A DNA stretch of 64,000 nt from Deltaproteobacteria bacterium (lineage in GTDB: Bacteria > Myxococcota_A > UBA9160 > UBA4427), in contig JADJOR010000009.1 of assembly GCA_016713665.1 (NCBI GenBank), forward strand, positions 98,778 through 162,777. Reading direction: 5' to 3'. Under the pieces are notes generated by a model, which made no database searches, had not been told where the DNA came from, and saw only the letters and a program-made list of their open reading frames with translations. Position 1 is the stretch's first letter. Every line of letters starts with the position of its first letter. This document shows, in pieces, positions 19,445 to 29,085 of the stretch. A program made the translations under genes and the position numbers.

Positions 19445-20653
19445 TCACCGCGCGGCGCGCCAGTCCGCGACGGCCTCGATCATGTGGGCGACGTCGGCGT
19501 CGGTGAGCCCGTGGTGGGCGGGCAGCGAGAGGGCGCGATCCATCACGCGATCGCAGCTCGGCAGCCCCTTCGCCGGTGCGCGGTGGGGGATCTTCGAGAA
19601 GCCCGGCTGGCGCAGGATGTTTCCCGTCCAGACCATGCGGGTCGGAATTTCGCGGGCGAGGAAGTGCTCCTGCATCGCGGTGCGATCGATGCCGTCGGCG
19701 AGCAGGAACGGGTAACGCATCCAGGTCGTCTCGAGGCCCTCGGTCGTGCGCGGATGGACGATCCGATCGCCGTGCTTGTCGAAGGCGGCGTCGAGGGCGG
19801 CGAAGACGCGCTGACGGCGGCGATTGAACTCGCCGAGCTTCTCGAGCTGGACGAGGCCGTAGGCGGCCATGATCTCCGAAGGCTCGAAGTTGTAGCCCAT
19901 GTCGTCGAAGACGAAGATGAGGTCGTAGGGCGTGCCGTCGACGAGCGGCCCGAAGCGCTCGGCCGTCCCCTTCCGGCTGCCGAAGAGATAGGTCTCCGAG
20001 CGGCGTCCCCAGCGCCGACGGACCAGCGACTGATCGAACCAGTCGGCGTCGTCGACGCCGAGCATGCCGCCGTTGCCGGCGGCGGTGATCGAATGGGCGC
20101 GGGCGAAGCTCGTCACCGAGATGTGGGAGCGCAGGCCGGTGCGCGTGCCGCGCAGGCGCGTGTCGAGCACGTCGCAGCTGTCCTCGACGACGAGCAGCCC
20201 GTGGCGATCGGCGATCGCGCGGATGCGATCCCAGTCGGGACAGTTGCCCGCGAGGTTCGGCGCGAGGATCGCCTTCGTGCGCGGCCCGATCATGGCCTCG
20301 ATGCCGTCGACGTCGATCTGGAACGTGTCCGGCTCGACGTCGACGAAGGCCGGGATGATCCCGGAGCGCACGAGCGGCGCGATGTCGCTCGAGAAGGTCA
20401 GCGGCGACGTGATCACCTCGTCGCCGGGCTGGCAGCCGAGCAGATCGACGGCGAGCCAGAGCGCCGAGGTCCCCGAGTTGACGAAGACGGCGTGGCGCTT
20501 CGCGAGCAGCTCGGCGCCGCGGCGCTCGAACTCGGCGACCTTCGGACCGAGGTCGAGGGTCCCGTGGCGCAGGACGTCGATCACGGCCTCGATCTCGCGC
20601 TCGTCGTGGACCGGCTTCGCCTCGGTGATCTTGTGGACCGCGGACTTCGTCAT
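19445..20653 (-). CDS. DegT/DnrJ/EryC1/StrS-family PLP-dependent aminotransferase
   Basis: MTKSAVHKITEAKPVHDEREIEAVIDVL..FVNSGTSALWLAV..ITSPLTFSSDIAPL..SFARAHSITAAGNGGM. The ATG overlaps the stop of the GMC gene (ATGA at 20650-20653). Only the last 402 aa of ORF 19445-22639 are real. Confidence 0.8.
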   Translation of the reverse strand: MTKSAVHKITEAKPVHDEREIEAVIDVLRHGTLDLGPKVAEFERRGAELLAKRHAVFVNSGTSALWLAVDLLGCQPGDEVITSPLTFSSDIAPLVRSGIIPAFVDVEPDTFQIDVDGIEAMIGPRTKAILAPNLAGNCPDWDRIRAIADRHGLLVVEDSCDVLDTRLRGTRTGLRSHISVTSFARAHSITAAGNGGMLGVDDADWFDQSLVRRRWGRRSETYLFGSRKGTAERFGPLVDGTPYDLIFVFDDMGYNFEPSEIMAAYGLVQLEKLGEFNRRRQRVFAALDAAFDKHGDRIVHPRTTEGLETTWMRYPFLLADGIDRTAMQEHFLAREIPTRMVWTGNILRQPGFSKIPHRAPAKGLPSCDRVMDRALSLPAHHGLTDADVAHMIEAVADWRAAR

Positions 20654-22752
20654 GACGTCTCCTCCAGCATGAAATCGAGCAGGCCCTCGGCGGCCCAGTC
20701 GGGATAGGCCTCGGGCCGGACCGGGCTGACCCGCTCCGGATCGTAGGCGAGGGCGGTCCGCACCGCGGGGGCGAGGTAGTAGGCCGCCGCGACGACGTAG
20801 CGGAGCAGGATGCGCGTCTCCTCCGAGGGCGCGCCGTCGCTCCCGAGGGCGGTACGAACCGGCTCGGCGAGATCGGGTCGCGCGCGCAGCACGCGATCGA
20901 GCTCGCGGTCGGCGACGCCGACCGACGAGGCGGCCGGCATGCCGTCGCCGGCGGGAATCCAGTCGTCGGCGAGCGCGCGCAGGCGGGCGCGGGCCGCCTC
21001 GGCGAGGGGCACGATCGCGGGCGCGGGGCCGACGTACGAAGCCGTCGACGAAGCGAGCAAGCTCGTCGCTGCAGTCGCGGCCGTTGCGCCATCGACGCTC
21101 CCTGCCCGGGCTGCGCCCGCCGCTCCGCCCGGTCCTGGCGCACCCGCCGAGAAGGCGACGCGCGTGGCGTGGGCCGGGCGTGGGAGCTTCGCGCGCTCCG
21201 CGACGAGGCGGTCGGCGGCGCGCAGGGCGACGGCGGCGATCGTCGTCGTCGGATTCGCGGAGCCGGCGGTCACGAAGACGCTGCCGTCCGGGATGAGCAG
21301 GTTCGGGACGTCGTGGGCGCGGCAATCGGGGCCGACGACGGAGCGCGCGGGGTCGAGGCCCATGCGCGCGGTGCCCATGAGATGACCGTTGGCGCCGTAG
21401 TGGATGATCTCGGTCTTGAAGGCGCCGCCGGCCTCGAGGGATTCCTTCGCGCGGGCCTCGTGCCAGGCCATCAGGCGACGCGAGTTCTCGGACAGGCGAT
21501 AGGCGATGCGCGGGGCGGGCAGGCCATCGGAGTCGAAGAGCGTCGGCGAGAGCTCGACGCGGTTGTCGGGGTCGGGGAGATCTTCGGTGATCAGGATCCA
21601 GCTCGCGCTGCGACCGAAGCGCTCGCGGAAATGGGCGTGGTGGCCTTCGCCCCAGACGCCCTGACCGTCGGAGCCGAAGGCCGCGCCGAGGGGGCCGCCC
21701 GCCGAGGCGACCGACCAGGTTGCGCCGCGCACGAAGCCGCGGGAAGCGTCGCTGTCGGCGTACTCGAGGGAATGGATGAGGGCGCCGGCGTGCGCGCGCC
21801 AGCCGTCGGGCGGCGCGTCGAAGAGGCCGACGACGGCGGAGAGCGGATGGAGCATGAGGTTGCGCCCGACGAGCCCCGACGAGTTCGCGAGGCCGTCCGA
21901 GGCGAGCAGCAGGCGCGGTGTGCCCACGCCGTTCGCGGCGCAGACGACGACGTCGGCGGGCTGGTAGTGCTCGCTTCCCTCGCGGTCGATCCACTCCACG
22001 CCGCAGGCGAGCCCCTGCCCATCGACGACGATCCGGCGCACACGCGCGCCCGTCACGAGGCGCCCGCCGCGCCGCACGATCCCCGGCCAGTGGGTCACGT
22101 CGGTCGAGGCCTTGGCGGCCTCGTTGCAGCCCGATCCGCACGCGCCGCGCTGCACGCAAGGATGTCGCCCGTCGCGGGGCGCCGACAGGATCGCGTTGGT
22201 CCCGGGCCACCAGTGCCGCCCGAGGCTCGCCTGCGCGCGGGCCAGTCGGAGGCCCATCGAGCCGATCGGGAGCGGCGGCAGCGGCGGCTCCGCGCCGGCG
22301 GGATATTTCGGATTCCCGCCGAGACCCGACACGCCGAAGTCGCGATCGGTCTGCTCGTAGTAGGGTTGCAGGTCCGCATAACCGATGGGCCAGTCCTCGG
22401 CGACGCCGTCGCCGCTGCGCACGCGGAAGTCGTCGGGCAGCATGCGCGGCCACTGGGCGTTGTAGAGGATGGTTCCACCGCCGACGCCATTGAAGTTGAG
22501 GACACCGAAATCCGACTCGGCGAGATCGATCGGGTAGTCGCCGGGCGCGTTGCGGAGAACCGCAGCGGGCGACCACTGCCGGGCCGCGACGAGCTCCCAC
22601 TCGGGCGTCGAGCCCGGATAGCGAGCGCGGTCGGGCCAATCGCCCTGCTCGAGGCAGAGGACCGAGAGCCCCGCTTCGACGCAGCGCTTCGCGACGACGG
22701 CACCGGCCACGCCGGCGCCGATCACCAGGACGTCGATGGGGTCGTTGGCCAT
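20650..22752 (-). CDS. GMC-family FAD oxidoreductase with C-terminal gluconate-2-dehydrogenase-subunit-3-like extension
   Basis: DVLVIGAGVAGAVVAKRCVEAGLSVLCLEQG (Rossmann FAD), ..HLMGTARMG..VPNLLIPDGSVFVTAGSANPTTTI (GMC C-terminal motifs). A further ~180 aa follow (LADDWIPAGDGMPAASSVGV..LLRYVVAAAYY) that resemble the separate small subunit of membrane dehydrogenases. Confidence 0.75.
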   Translation of the reverse strand: MANDPIDVLVIGAGVAGAVVAKRCVEAGLSVLCLEQGDWPDRARYPGSTPEWELVAARQWSPAAVLRNAPGDYPIDLAESDFGVLNFNGVGGGTILYNAQWPRMLPDDFRVRSGDGVAEDWPIGYADLQPYYEQTDRDFGVSGLGGNPKYPAGAEPPLPPLPIGSMGLRLARAQASLGRHWWPGTNAILSAPRDGRHPCVQRGACGSGCNEAAKASTDVTHWPGIVRRGGRLVTGARVRRIVVDGQGLACGVEWIDREGSEHYQPADVVVCAANGVGTPRLLLASDGLANSSGLVGRNLMLHPLSAVVGLFDAPPDGWRAHAGALIHSLEYADSDASRGFVRGATWSVASAGGPLGAAFGSDGQGVWGEGHHAHFRERFGRSASWILITEDLPDPDNRVELSPTLFDSDGLPAPRIAYRLSENSRRLMAWHEARAKESLEAGGAFKTEIIHYGANGHLMGTARMGLDPARSVVGPDCRAHDVPNLLIPDGSVFVTAGSANPTTTIAAVALRAADRLVAERAKLPRPAHATRVAFSAGAPGPGGAAGAARAGSVDGATAATAATSLLASSTASYVGPAPAIVPLAEAARARLRALADDWIPAGDGMPAASSVGVADRELDRVLRARPDLAEPVRTALGSDGAPSEETRILLRYVVAAAYYLAPAVRTALAYDPERVSPVRPEAYPDWAAEGLLDFMLEETS

Positions 22753-22848
22753 GCGAGACTGCTCACCTTCCGTGCGTAGAGGGGCCAGGTCCCTGTCTGC
22801 CTCGGTCGCCTCGTGCAGGCGCCCGGTGCAGGCGCCTGGCTCGGTCGC

Positions 22849-24012
22849 CTAGCGCAAGCCACTCGTGTCGACGTCGTGCAGCTGCAGGTCGTAGTGCTCC
22901 TGGCCGACGCCCGCCTCGCGTCCCTTCGGTCCGTACTCGATCACGATGCTCGTCCGGAACGGCCCCTGCTTCGCCGTCGGCGGTGGGCCCGCGTGCAGCC
23001 CGTCGCCGTAGTGCAGCGCGAAGTCGCCGGGGTTCGCCGCGATCGCGACGCCCCGTGCGAAGTCGGGATCGTCGAAGGCGAAGCCGGCGGTCTGCCAGGA
23101 GCCGGGGAGGAAGCGCAGCTCGCCCGTCTCGCGATTCGCGGGTCGCAGGAAGAGGCTGCCGTTCATGACGGGACACATGTCGCGGTGGAGGCCGAGACCG
23201 CAGTCGCGATGCCAGGGATTGTCGGCCTTACCGTCGAAGAGCATGCCGGACTGCTTGAAGAGCACGTGGATCACGTCGGTGTCGGTCGGCGCGAGGGCGT
23301 GGTCCGAGAGGGCGACGACGCGCAGCAGGCGCGGGTCGCGGAGCAGGGCGCGGATCTGCGGGTCGGTGCCCCCGTCGAGGACGCGGGTCAGGATCGTGCG
23401 GCCGTCTTCGTGCTGGCCCCACCAGGCCGTCGGGTCGTCGCGCTTCGCCCGCGCGCGAAGGCGCTCGGCCGCCTCGTCGAGGCGTGCGATCTCGCCGGCC
23501 GGGAGGACTTCGCGGACGAGGATGTAGCCCGTCGTGCGCAGGAAATCGGCCATGACTGCAGGGTCGTCGTCGGGATGGAAGGCGCGCGTCGGGTCGATCT
23601 CGACGCCGTCGCGACCGAGGAGCGGCGCGTCGGGCGCGTAGGGCGGAAGCTCTTCGTAGAGGACACGCAGCGCGACCTCCCAGCGGACGAAGTCGCCGAT
23701 CTCGCCGGCGACGACCTTCGCCTTCTGGAACAGGATCAGGCCGAAGGGCGTCTCCATCGCGTCCCGCAATCCCTGCCAGAGCGTTTCGTCGAGCTCGACG
23801 ACGGTCTTCGCCGGATCGTCACCGCGGAGGATCGCGACGCCCGCGCGCCCGGGGACGTAGGTAAAGGCGCGCCCGTCCGGGAGGCGCAGTCCGAGCGGCG
23901 GCAGGTCCGCGGCCGCTCGCGCCGCCGTGGTACCCCAAGCGCTCGCGAGGCGCTTCGGGAGCGTGGTCTCGTGATAGGCGTCGAAGCCTTCGCTGCTCGA
24001 CCGGCTCTCCAT
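22849..24012 (-). CDS. Phytanoyl-CoA dioxygenase (PhyH) family Fe(II)/2-oxoglutarate oxygenase
   Basis: MESRSSSEGFDAYHE..NPWHRDCGLG..GDFALHYGDGLHAGP. GGAGGAGG lies upstream of ATG 24012. Confidence 0.65.
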   Translation of the reverse strand: MESRSSSEGFDAYHETTLPKRLASAWGTTAARAAADLPPLGLRLPDGRAFTYVPGRAGVAILRGDDPAKTVVELDETLWQGLRDAMETPFGLILFQKAKVVAGEIGDFVRWEVALRVLYEELPPYAPDAPLLGRDGVEIDPTRAFHPDDDPAVMADFLRTTGYILVREVLPAGEIARLDEAAERLRARAKRDDPTAWWGQHEDGRTILTRVLDGGTDPQIRALLRDPRLLRVVALSDHALAPTDTDVIHVLFKQSGMLFDGKADNPWHRDCGLGLHRDMCPVMNGSLFLRPANRETGELRFLPGSWQTAGFAFDDPDFARGVAIAANPGDFALHYGDGLHAGPPPTAKQGPFRTSIVIEYGPKGREAGVGQEHYDLQLHDVDTSGLR

Positions 24013-24151
24013 CGTCGACTCCTCCTCCCGCGCATCGGATCGGTCGCGATGCGGGGAACGGTGCGCGGGTTGCGCTCGCCGGACTCTTCGATCCGGCCGC
24101 TCGTCCTTCCCGCTACGCTCCCCCGCGTCCCGAACCTCGAAGGAGCTTCGC

Positions 24152-25564
24152 ATGCACCCGCCGACTTCGCTTCCCCGCCGCGCCGGGCTGGCCGTCCTCA
24201 TGCTGGCCGTTCTCGCGAGCGCCGCGCCGGCGCCGACTTCGGCCGACGCCGAGTCCGCCGCTCCGGCCGCGATCCCGACCCCGACGAACGCCGACGGCGC
24301 AGCCCGCCGTGCCGCCATCGAGCGCGACTACGACGCGCATCTCGGCGCCCTCTTCGAGCATTTCCATCGTCATCCCGAGCTCTCCTTTCTCGAGCGGGAG
24401 ACGGCGAAGCGGCTCGCCCGGGAGCTGCGCAAGCTCGGGCTCGACGTGACCGGGGGCGTCGGTGGCACCGGCGTCGTCGGGCTGCTCCGCAACGGCGAAG
24501 GGCCGCTCGTACTCGTACGCGCCGACATGGACGGGCTCCCGATCCGCGAGGAGAGCGGGCTCGCCTACGCCTCGACGGTGACCCAGGTCGACGCGAGCGG
24601 GCGCGAGGTCCCGGTCATGCATGCCTGCGGTCACGACGTCCACATGACGGTCCTCGTCGGGACGGCCAAGCGACTCGCGGCGCAGCGCGATCGCTGGCGC
24701 GGCACGGTGATGTTCGTCGGCCAGCCGGCGGAGGAGCGGATCGGCGGCGCGAAGGCGATGCTCGCCGACGGGCTCTACGCGCGCTTCGGGGTCCCCGATG
24801 CGGCGCTGGCCCTCCACGTCCTGGCGGGCAGCCCGGCGGGTCGCTTCGCGCTGCGGCCGGGGCCGACGGCTTCCTCTTCCGACAATCTCGACGTCCGCGT
24901 GCGCGGGATCGGCAGCCATGGGGCCGCGCCGCAGAACGGCAAGGATCCGATCTTCGTCGCGGCGCAGCTCGTGACGGCGCTGCAGGGCCTCGTCGGGCGC
25001 GAGATCAATCCGCTCGAGCCGGCGGTGATCAGCGTGGGCTCGATCCACGGCGGCCTCAAGCACAACGTGATCCCCGACGAGGTGAAGCTCGAGCTGACGG
25101 TGCGGGCGGACAGCGAGGTGGTGCGCGCGCAATTGCTCGCGGGCATCGAGCGTGTGGCCGAGGGCGTGGCCCGCACGGCGGGGCTGCCGGAGGCGCTCTG
25201 GCCCGAGGTGAAGGTCGTCGAGTCGACGCCGTCGAATCTCAACGACCCGGCGCTCACCGATCGGATCCGCGGGGCGCTCGTGCGCGAGCTCGGCCCCGGC
25301 GTCTTGTTCGAGCTCGATCGCGACAGCATGGGGGCCGAGGATTTCGCCGAGTTCGTGCGGACGAAGGAGGCGGTGCCCGGGGCTTATCTGTCGGTCGGCG
25401 GTGCCCCGCAGTCGGCGATCGACGCGGCGAAGGCGGGCGGGCCGCCGCTCCCGTTCCACCACTCGGCGCATTTCAAGGTCGATCCTCGCGCCTCGATCAC
25501 GACCGGCGTCGAGGGCATGACGATCGCGGTGCTCGAGGTCCTCGGCGAGGGACCCGCGCGCTGA
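24152..25564 (+). CDS. M20D-family amidohydrolase (hippurate hydrolase / aminoacylase-like), secreted
   Basis: Signal-like N-terminus, HRHPELSFLERETA, VLVRADMDGLPI, MHACGHDVH, GQPAEE. GAAGGAG RBS. Confidence 0.8.
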   Translation: MHPPTSLPRRAGLAVLMLAVLASAAPAPTSADAESAAPAAIPTPTNADGAARRAAIERDYDAHLGALFEHFHRHPELSFLERETAKRLARELRKLGLDVTGGVGGTGVVGLLRNGEGPLVLVRADMDGLPIREESGLAYASTVTQVDASGREVPVMHACGHDVHMTVLVGTAKRLAAQRDRWRGTVMFVGQPAEERIGGAKAMLADGLYARFGVPDAALALHVLAGSPAGRFALRPGPTASSSDNLDVRVRGIGSHGAAPQNGKDPIFVAAQLVTALQGLVGREINPLEPAVISVGSIHGGLKHNVIPDEVKLELTVRADSEVVRAQLLAGIERVAEGVARTAGLPEALWPEVKVVESTPSNLNDPALTDRIRGALVRELGPGVLFELDRDSMGAEDFAEFVRTKEAVPGAYLSVGGAPQSAIDAAKAGGPPLPFHHSAHFKVDPRASITTGVEGMTIAVLEVLGEGPAR

Positions 25565-25580
25565 CGCTCGAGCCTGGGTG

Positions 25581-26774
25581 CTAGGCCTCGGTCGGCCTCT
25601 CCGTGCGCTGCAGGCGCGTGATGCCGAGCATGATCGCGAGGGCGATCAGCGTGAACGTGCCGAGGCCGAGCGCGAAGCCGCCGGACAGGTCGTAGAGCAC
25701 GCCGAGCCCCATCGGGCCGACGACGCCGCCGATCTGCGCCGCGGAGAAGAAGAGGCCGCTCGCCGTTCCGGCGCGTCGCTCGCCGACCCCGGGCAGCTCG
25801 AGCAGCGTCAGCACGAGGATCGGCGTCAGCACCGTCGCGGCGGCGCCCTGGAACACGAGCCCCGCGAGCAGCGACGGCCGCGCAGCGAGCTGGAAGAGCA
25901 GCGTCGAGCAGGCCGACGTCGCGACCAGCGCGAAGAGCAGGCGTTGGCGGCGCCTCGGGATCGCGAGCCTCGGGACGACGAGCGCGGACACGACGCCGAC
26001 GCCCGCCGGAATCGCCGCCCAGTATCCCGACTCGATCGTCGTCATGCCGCGGGCCTGGAGCAGGGCGGGGAGCCAGCTCCCGACGCCGTGGGCGATCAGG
26101 AAGGTGCCGGTCGCGAGCGCCAGCAGAAGTCGTACGTCGGAGAGCGCGACGAGCTCGCGCATGGTCGAGAGCTGCGGCAGGGAGCCGACGCTGCGCCTCC
26201 GCGTTTCGGCTTCGCGGAACCTGGGAAGCGAGCTCACGACGAGCCACGCGACGCCCGACGCGACGCCCACCCCCGCCCAGAGCAGCATCAGCTTGCGCCA
26301 GTCGCCGAGCCAGGGAAGCAGCCAGGAATGGGTCAGGGTGAGAGCGAGGGTCCCGCCGATCGCGGGGCCTGTCGCGTAGACGCCCATCGCGAGGCCGCGA
26401 TTGGATCCCTCGAACCATTCCGTGATGACCTTCGGCGCGCCGGTCGAGATGATGGGCGCACCGAGACCGAAGGCCATCACCGAGAGGAGCAGCGTCGTGA
26501 AGTCGGTCGCGGCGCTGCGCGCGAGGGCCGAGAGCGAGATCAGCGCGATCCCGAGCGTCAGCGCGGTCCGGCTGCCGACGCGATCGAGCAGCAGGCCGCA
26601 GGGGATCGCCGAGAACATGTAGACGAGCTGCCAGGCGCCGAGCACGCTCCCCATCGCCGCGTGGGAGATGTCGAGCTCCTGCTCGACCTGCGCGACGAGG
26701 GGCGACAAACAGCTCGCGACCAGCCCGAAGGAGGCGTAGAGCCCCCAGACACCCGCGAGCAGCCACCAGCGCAT
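25581..26774 (-). CDS. MFS transporter
   Basis: 397 aa with about 12 hydrophobic helices and an LLDRVGSR-type loop 2-3 motif. Confidence 0.8.
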   Translation of the reverse strand: MRWWLLAGVWGLYASFGLVASCLSPLVAQVEQELDISHAAMGSVLGAWQLVYMFSAIPCGLLLDRVGSRTALTLGIALISLSALARSAATDFTTLLLSVMAFGLGAPIISTGAPKVITEWFEGSNRGLAMGVYATGPAIGGTLALTLTHSWLLPWLGDWRKLMLLWAGVGVASGVAWLVVSSLPRFREAETRRRSVGSLPQLSTMRELVALSDVRLLLALATGTFLIAHGVGSWLPALLQARGMTTIESGYWAAIPAGVGVVSALVVPRLAIPRRRQRLLFALVATSACSTLLFQLAARPSLLAGLVFQGAAATVLTPILVLTLLELPGVGERRAGTASGLFFSAAQIGGVVGPMGLGVLYDLSGGFALGLGTFTLIALAIMLGITRLQRTERPTEA

Positions 26775-26886
26775 GATCCCTTTCCGGAAGCCTCGTCCTG
26801 CGAAGGGACGGCGATGAGCCGGTACGCGACCGGCGACCCCTCTGCCCGCTTCGATTGCGTCGTTCGCCCGTGCGATCCGTCGGCGA

Positions 26887-28098
26887 TCAGGCCGCGCGCG
26901 GCTCCAGACGATACAGGCGCCGGGCGTTTTCGTGGGTCATCTGCTCGATCTCGGCTCGAGGGATCCCCTGGAAATGCGAGGCCAGCAGGTCCTGGGTCTC
27001 GGGGAAGCTCGAGTCCGTATGCGGATAGTCGGTCTCGACCATGATGTGGTCGACGCCGACGAGGCCGCGCAGCGGCAGCGTCGACGGGTCCGAGAAGGTC
27101 GTGAACCAGAAGTTGCGGCGCAGGACGTCGATCGGCGAGAGCGGACCGAATTCCTTCGAGTAGTCGAGCACGCGGGCCATGTACTCGATCCGGTCGACGA
27201 GGATCGGGACCCAGCCGATGCCGCCCTCCGACATCGCGATCTTGAGCTGCGGGAAACGGACGGGGATCCCCGCGAAGAGCCAGTCCGTCGCCGTCGCCAT
27301 CCCGTTGATCGGAAACAGCGCGCCGAGCACCGCGGGGCTCGAGTCCCGGGACGGCACGATCGTCTCGGAGGACGAGCCGACGTGGAGATTGAGGACGGTT
27401 CCGGTCTCCTCGCAGGCGCGGAAGAACGGATCCCAGTCGCGGCTGTAGAGCGAGGGGAGGCCCAGCTTCTCCGGATTCTCGCTGAAGGAGACCGACGTGA
27501 AGCCGCGGGCGGCGTTGCGGCGGATCTCCTCCGCCGCGAGGACCGGATCGGCGAGCCAGGCGAGCTGGCACGGGATCATGCGACCCGGATACGTCCCCGC
27601 CCAGACCTCGAGCGTCCAGTCGTTGAACGCGCGCAGCGAGGCGAGCCCGAGCTCGCGGTCCTTCATGCGCAGGAAGCGCCAGCCCGCGAAGCCGAAGGGG
27701 GCGGAGGGAAAGCAGAGCGAGGCCTCGACGCCGATCGCGTCCATGTGGCGTACGCGCTCGTGGATGTTCCAGACGGCGGGATGCAGCTCGTCGAAGTTGA
27801 CGGGGCCGAGGTAGCCCTTGCCCACCTCCCAGCCGCGGATGCCATCGGCCCCGAGCAGCGGGACGCGCTCGTCCTCGAAGATCCAGTAGTCGATCCCGAG
27901 GTCGTCGCGCTCGACGCGGGGCGCGCGTGACTGCAGCCGCGCGGGCAGGCGCTTCTCGAAGAGGTCGGGCGGCTCGACCAGATGATCGTCGACGGAGACG
28001 ATCCGATAGCGGAGCTTCGGCGCCGAGAGCTCGCCGCGCCGGACCAGCGTGCCCTTCGGCCCCGCGTACTTCAGGATCTTCTCGAGCAGGTCCGCCAT
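26887..28098 (-). CDS. Amidohydrolase-2 family protein (ACMSD/LigW-like metal-dependent hydrolase/decarboxylase)
   Basis: MADLLEKILKYAG..RIVSVDDHLVEPPDLF..NLHVGSS..ETDYPHTDSSFP. ATG 28098 is in frame within ORF 26887-28203. Confidence 0.75.
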   Translation of the reverse strand: MADLLEKILKYAGPKGTLVRRGELSAPKLRYRIVSVDDHLVEPPDLFEKRLPARLQSRAPRVERDDLGIDYWIFEDERVPLLGADGIRGWEVGKGYLGPVNFDELHPAVWNIHERVRHMDAIGVEASLCFPSAPFGFAGWRFLRMKDRELGLASLRAFNDWTLEVWAGTYPGRMIPCQLAWLADPVLAAEEIRRNAARGFTSVSFSENPEKLGLPSLYSRDWDPFFRACEETGTVLNLHVGSSSETIVPSRDSSPAVLGALFPINGMATATDWLFAGIPVRFPQLKIAMSEGGIGWVPILVDRIEYMARVLDYSKEFGPLSPIDVLRRNFWFTTFSDPSTLPLRGLVGVDHIMVETDYPHTDSSFPETQDLLASHFQGIPRAEIEQMTHENARRLYRLEPRAA

Positions 28099-28242
28099 GG
28101 TGTCGCTCCCGTCCCGGTTCCCGAGATGAGTAGCCGTCGCAGATCGGTGCAACAAGGCGCGGGCCCGGCGCGCGTCCCGTCCGCGTCGCGCTCCAGGAAG
28201 CACGGAGTTCGATCTCCGCCCGCCGGAAGATCGATGGATTCG

Positions 28243-29085
28243 TCAGGCGGCCGATTGCAGCCGGTCGCGAATGCGATCGAGCAGGGCGTCGTCGAGGGGC
28301 GGTGGCGCGCCCAGCGCGTCGCGGGTCGTCCGGAGCATGGCGGCGAAGCGACCGCCGAATCGTTCGCAGACCGAGCACCCGCGCAGGTGCGCCTCGACGG
28401 GCGCTCGTTCGGCGGCGGAGAGATCCCCGTCGACGTAGTCGCTGAGCCGGGCGAGGACCTCGCGACAGCGCAGCCCCCCGACCTCCCGCTCGCTCTCTTC
28501 GAGCGTCGCCTTGCGCATGCGAATCTCCTCGAGCAGCCGCAGCCGCGCACGGTGGAGCCGGCTCTTCATGGCCGGGAGCTCGAGCGCGAGGGCGCTCGCG
28601 GTCTGCTCGCCGGTCAGACCTTCGACGTCGCGGAGCAGCAGCACCTCCGCATCCGCCGGCGAGAGCGACGCGAGGGCGCGCGCGATCAGCTCGGCCTCTT
28701 CGGCCCGAGCCAGCGCGCGCTCCGGATCGGCGCTGCCCCATCCCGCCGCGACGCCGAGCTCGATCAGCTCGCGCTCGCCGCGCGACTGCGTGGCCCGCTG
28801 GGCATTGCGATCGGCGCGCAGGGACTTGCGCGCGAGATTCCGGGCGATCGCGAACAGCCAGGTCCGGACCGGGGCCCGCTCCGGACGATAGGCGCCGGCG
28901 GCCCGGAGCGCGGCGAGGAAAGTCTCCTGGGTCACGTCCGCCGCGGTCTCGTCGTCTCCGGTGATGGCCCGCGCCAGGCGCAGCACGCTCGCGGCATGGC
29001 GTCGCGCGAGCAGGCCGAGCGCGTCGCGCTCACCGCGGGCGGTGAGCGCGATCAGCGCTATGTCCGGGGCTTCGGGAGCGGGCAC
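28243..29085 (-). CDS. ECF (sigma-70 family) sigma factor fused in frame to a zf-HC2 (ZAS-type) anti-sigma domain
   Basis: Region 2: RRHAASVLRLARAITGDDETAADVTQETFLAALR..RTWLFAIARN. Region 4: LLLRDVEGLTGEQTASALALELPAMKSRLHRARLRL. With no intervening stop, the ORF continues CREVLARLSDYVDGDLSAAERAPVEAHLRGCSVCERF (HxxxCxxC). GTG start at 29085. Confidence 0.75.
   Translation of the reverse strand: MPAPEAPDIALIALTARGERDALGLLARRHAASVLRLARAITGDDETAADVTQETFLAALRAAGAYRPERAPVRTWLFAIARNLARKSLRADRNAQRATQSRGERELIELGVAAGWGSADPERALARAEEAELIARALASLSPADAEVLLLRDVEGLTGEQTASALALELPAMKSRLHRARLRLLEEIRMRKATLEESEREVGGLRCREVLARLSDYVDGDLSAAERAPVEAHLRGCSVCERFGGRFAAMLRTTRDALGAPPPLDDALLDRIRDRLQSAA

Noticed and set aside
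20654-22639. N-terminal 660 aa of ORF 19445-22639 as an extension of the DegT aminotransferase
   Set aside because: That part overlaps the GMC oxidoreductase in another frame and is Arg/Pro-rich. The aminotransferase fold begins at MTKSAVHK (ATG 20653), which overlaps the GMC stop.
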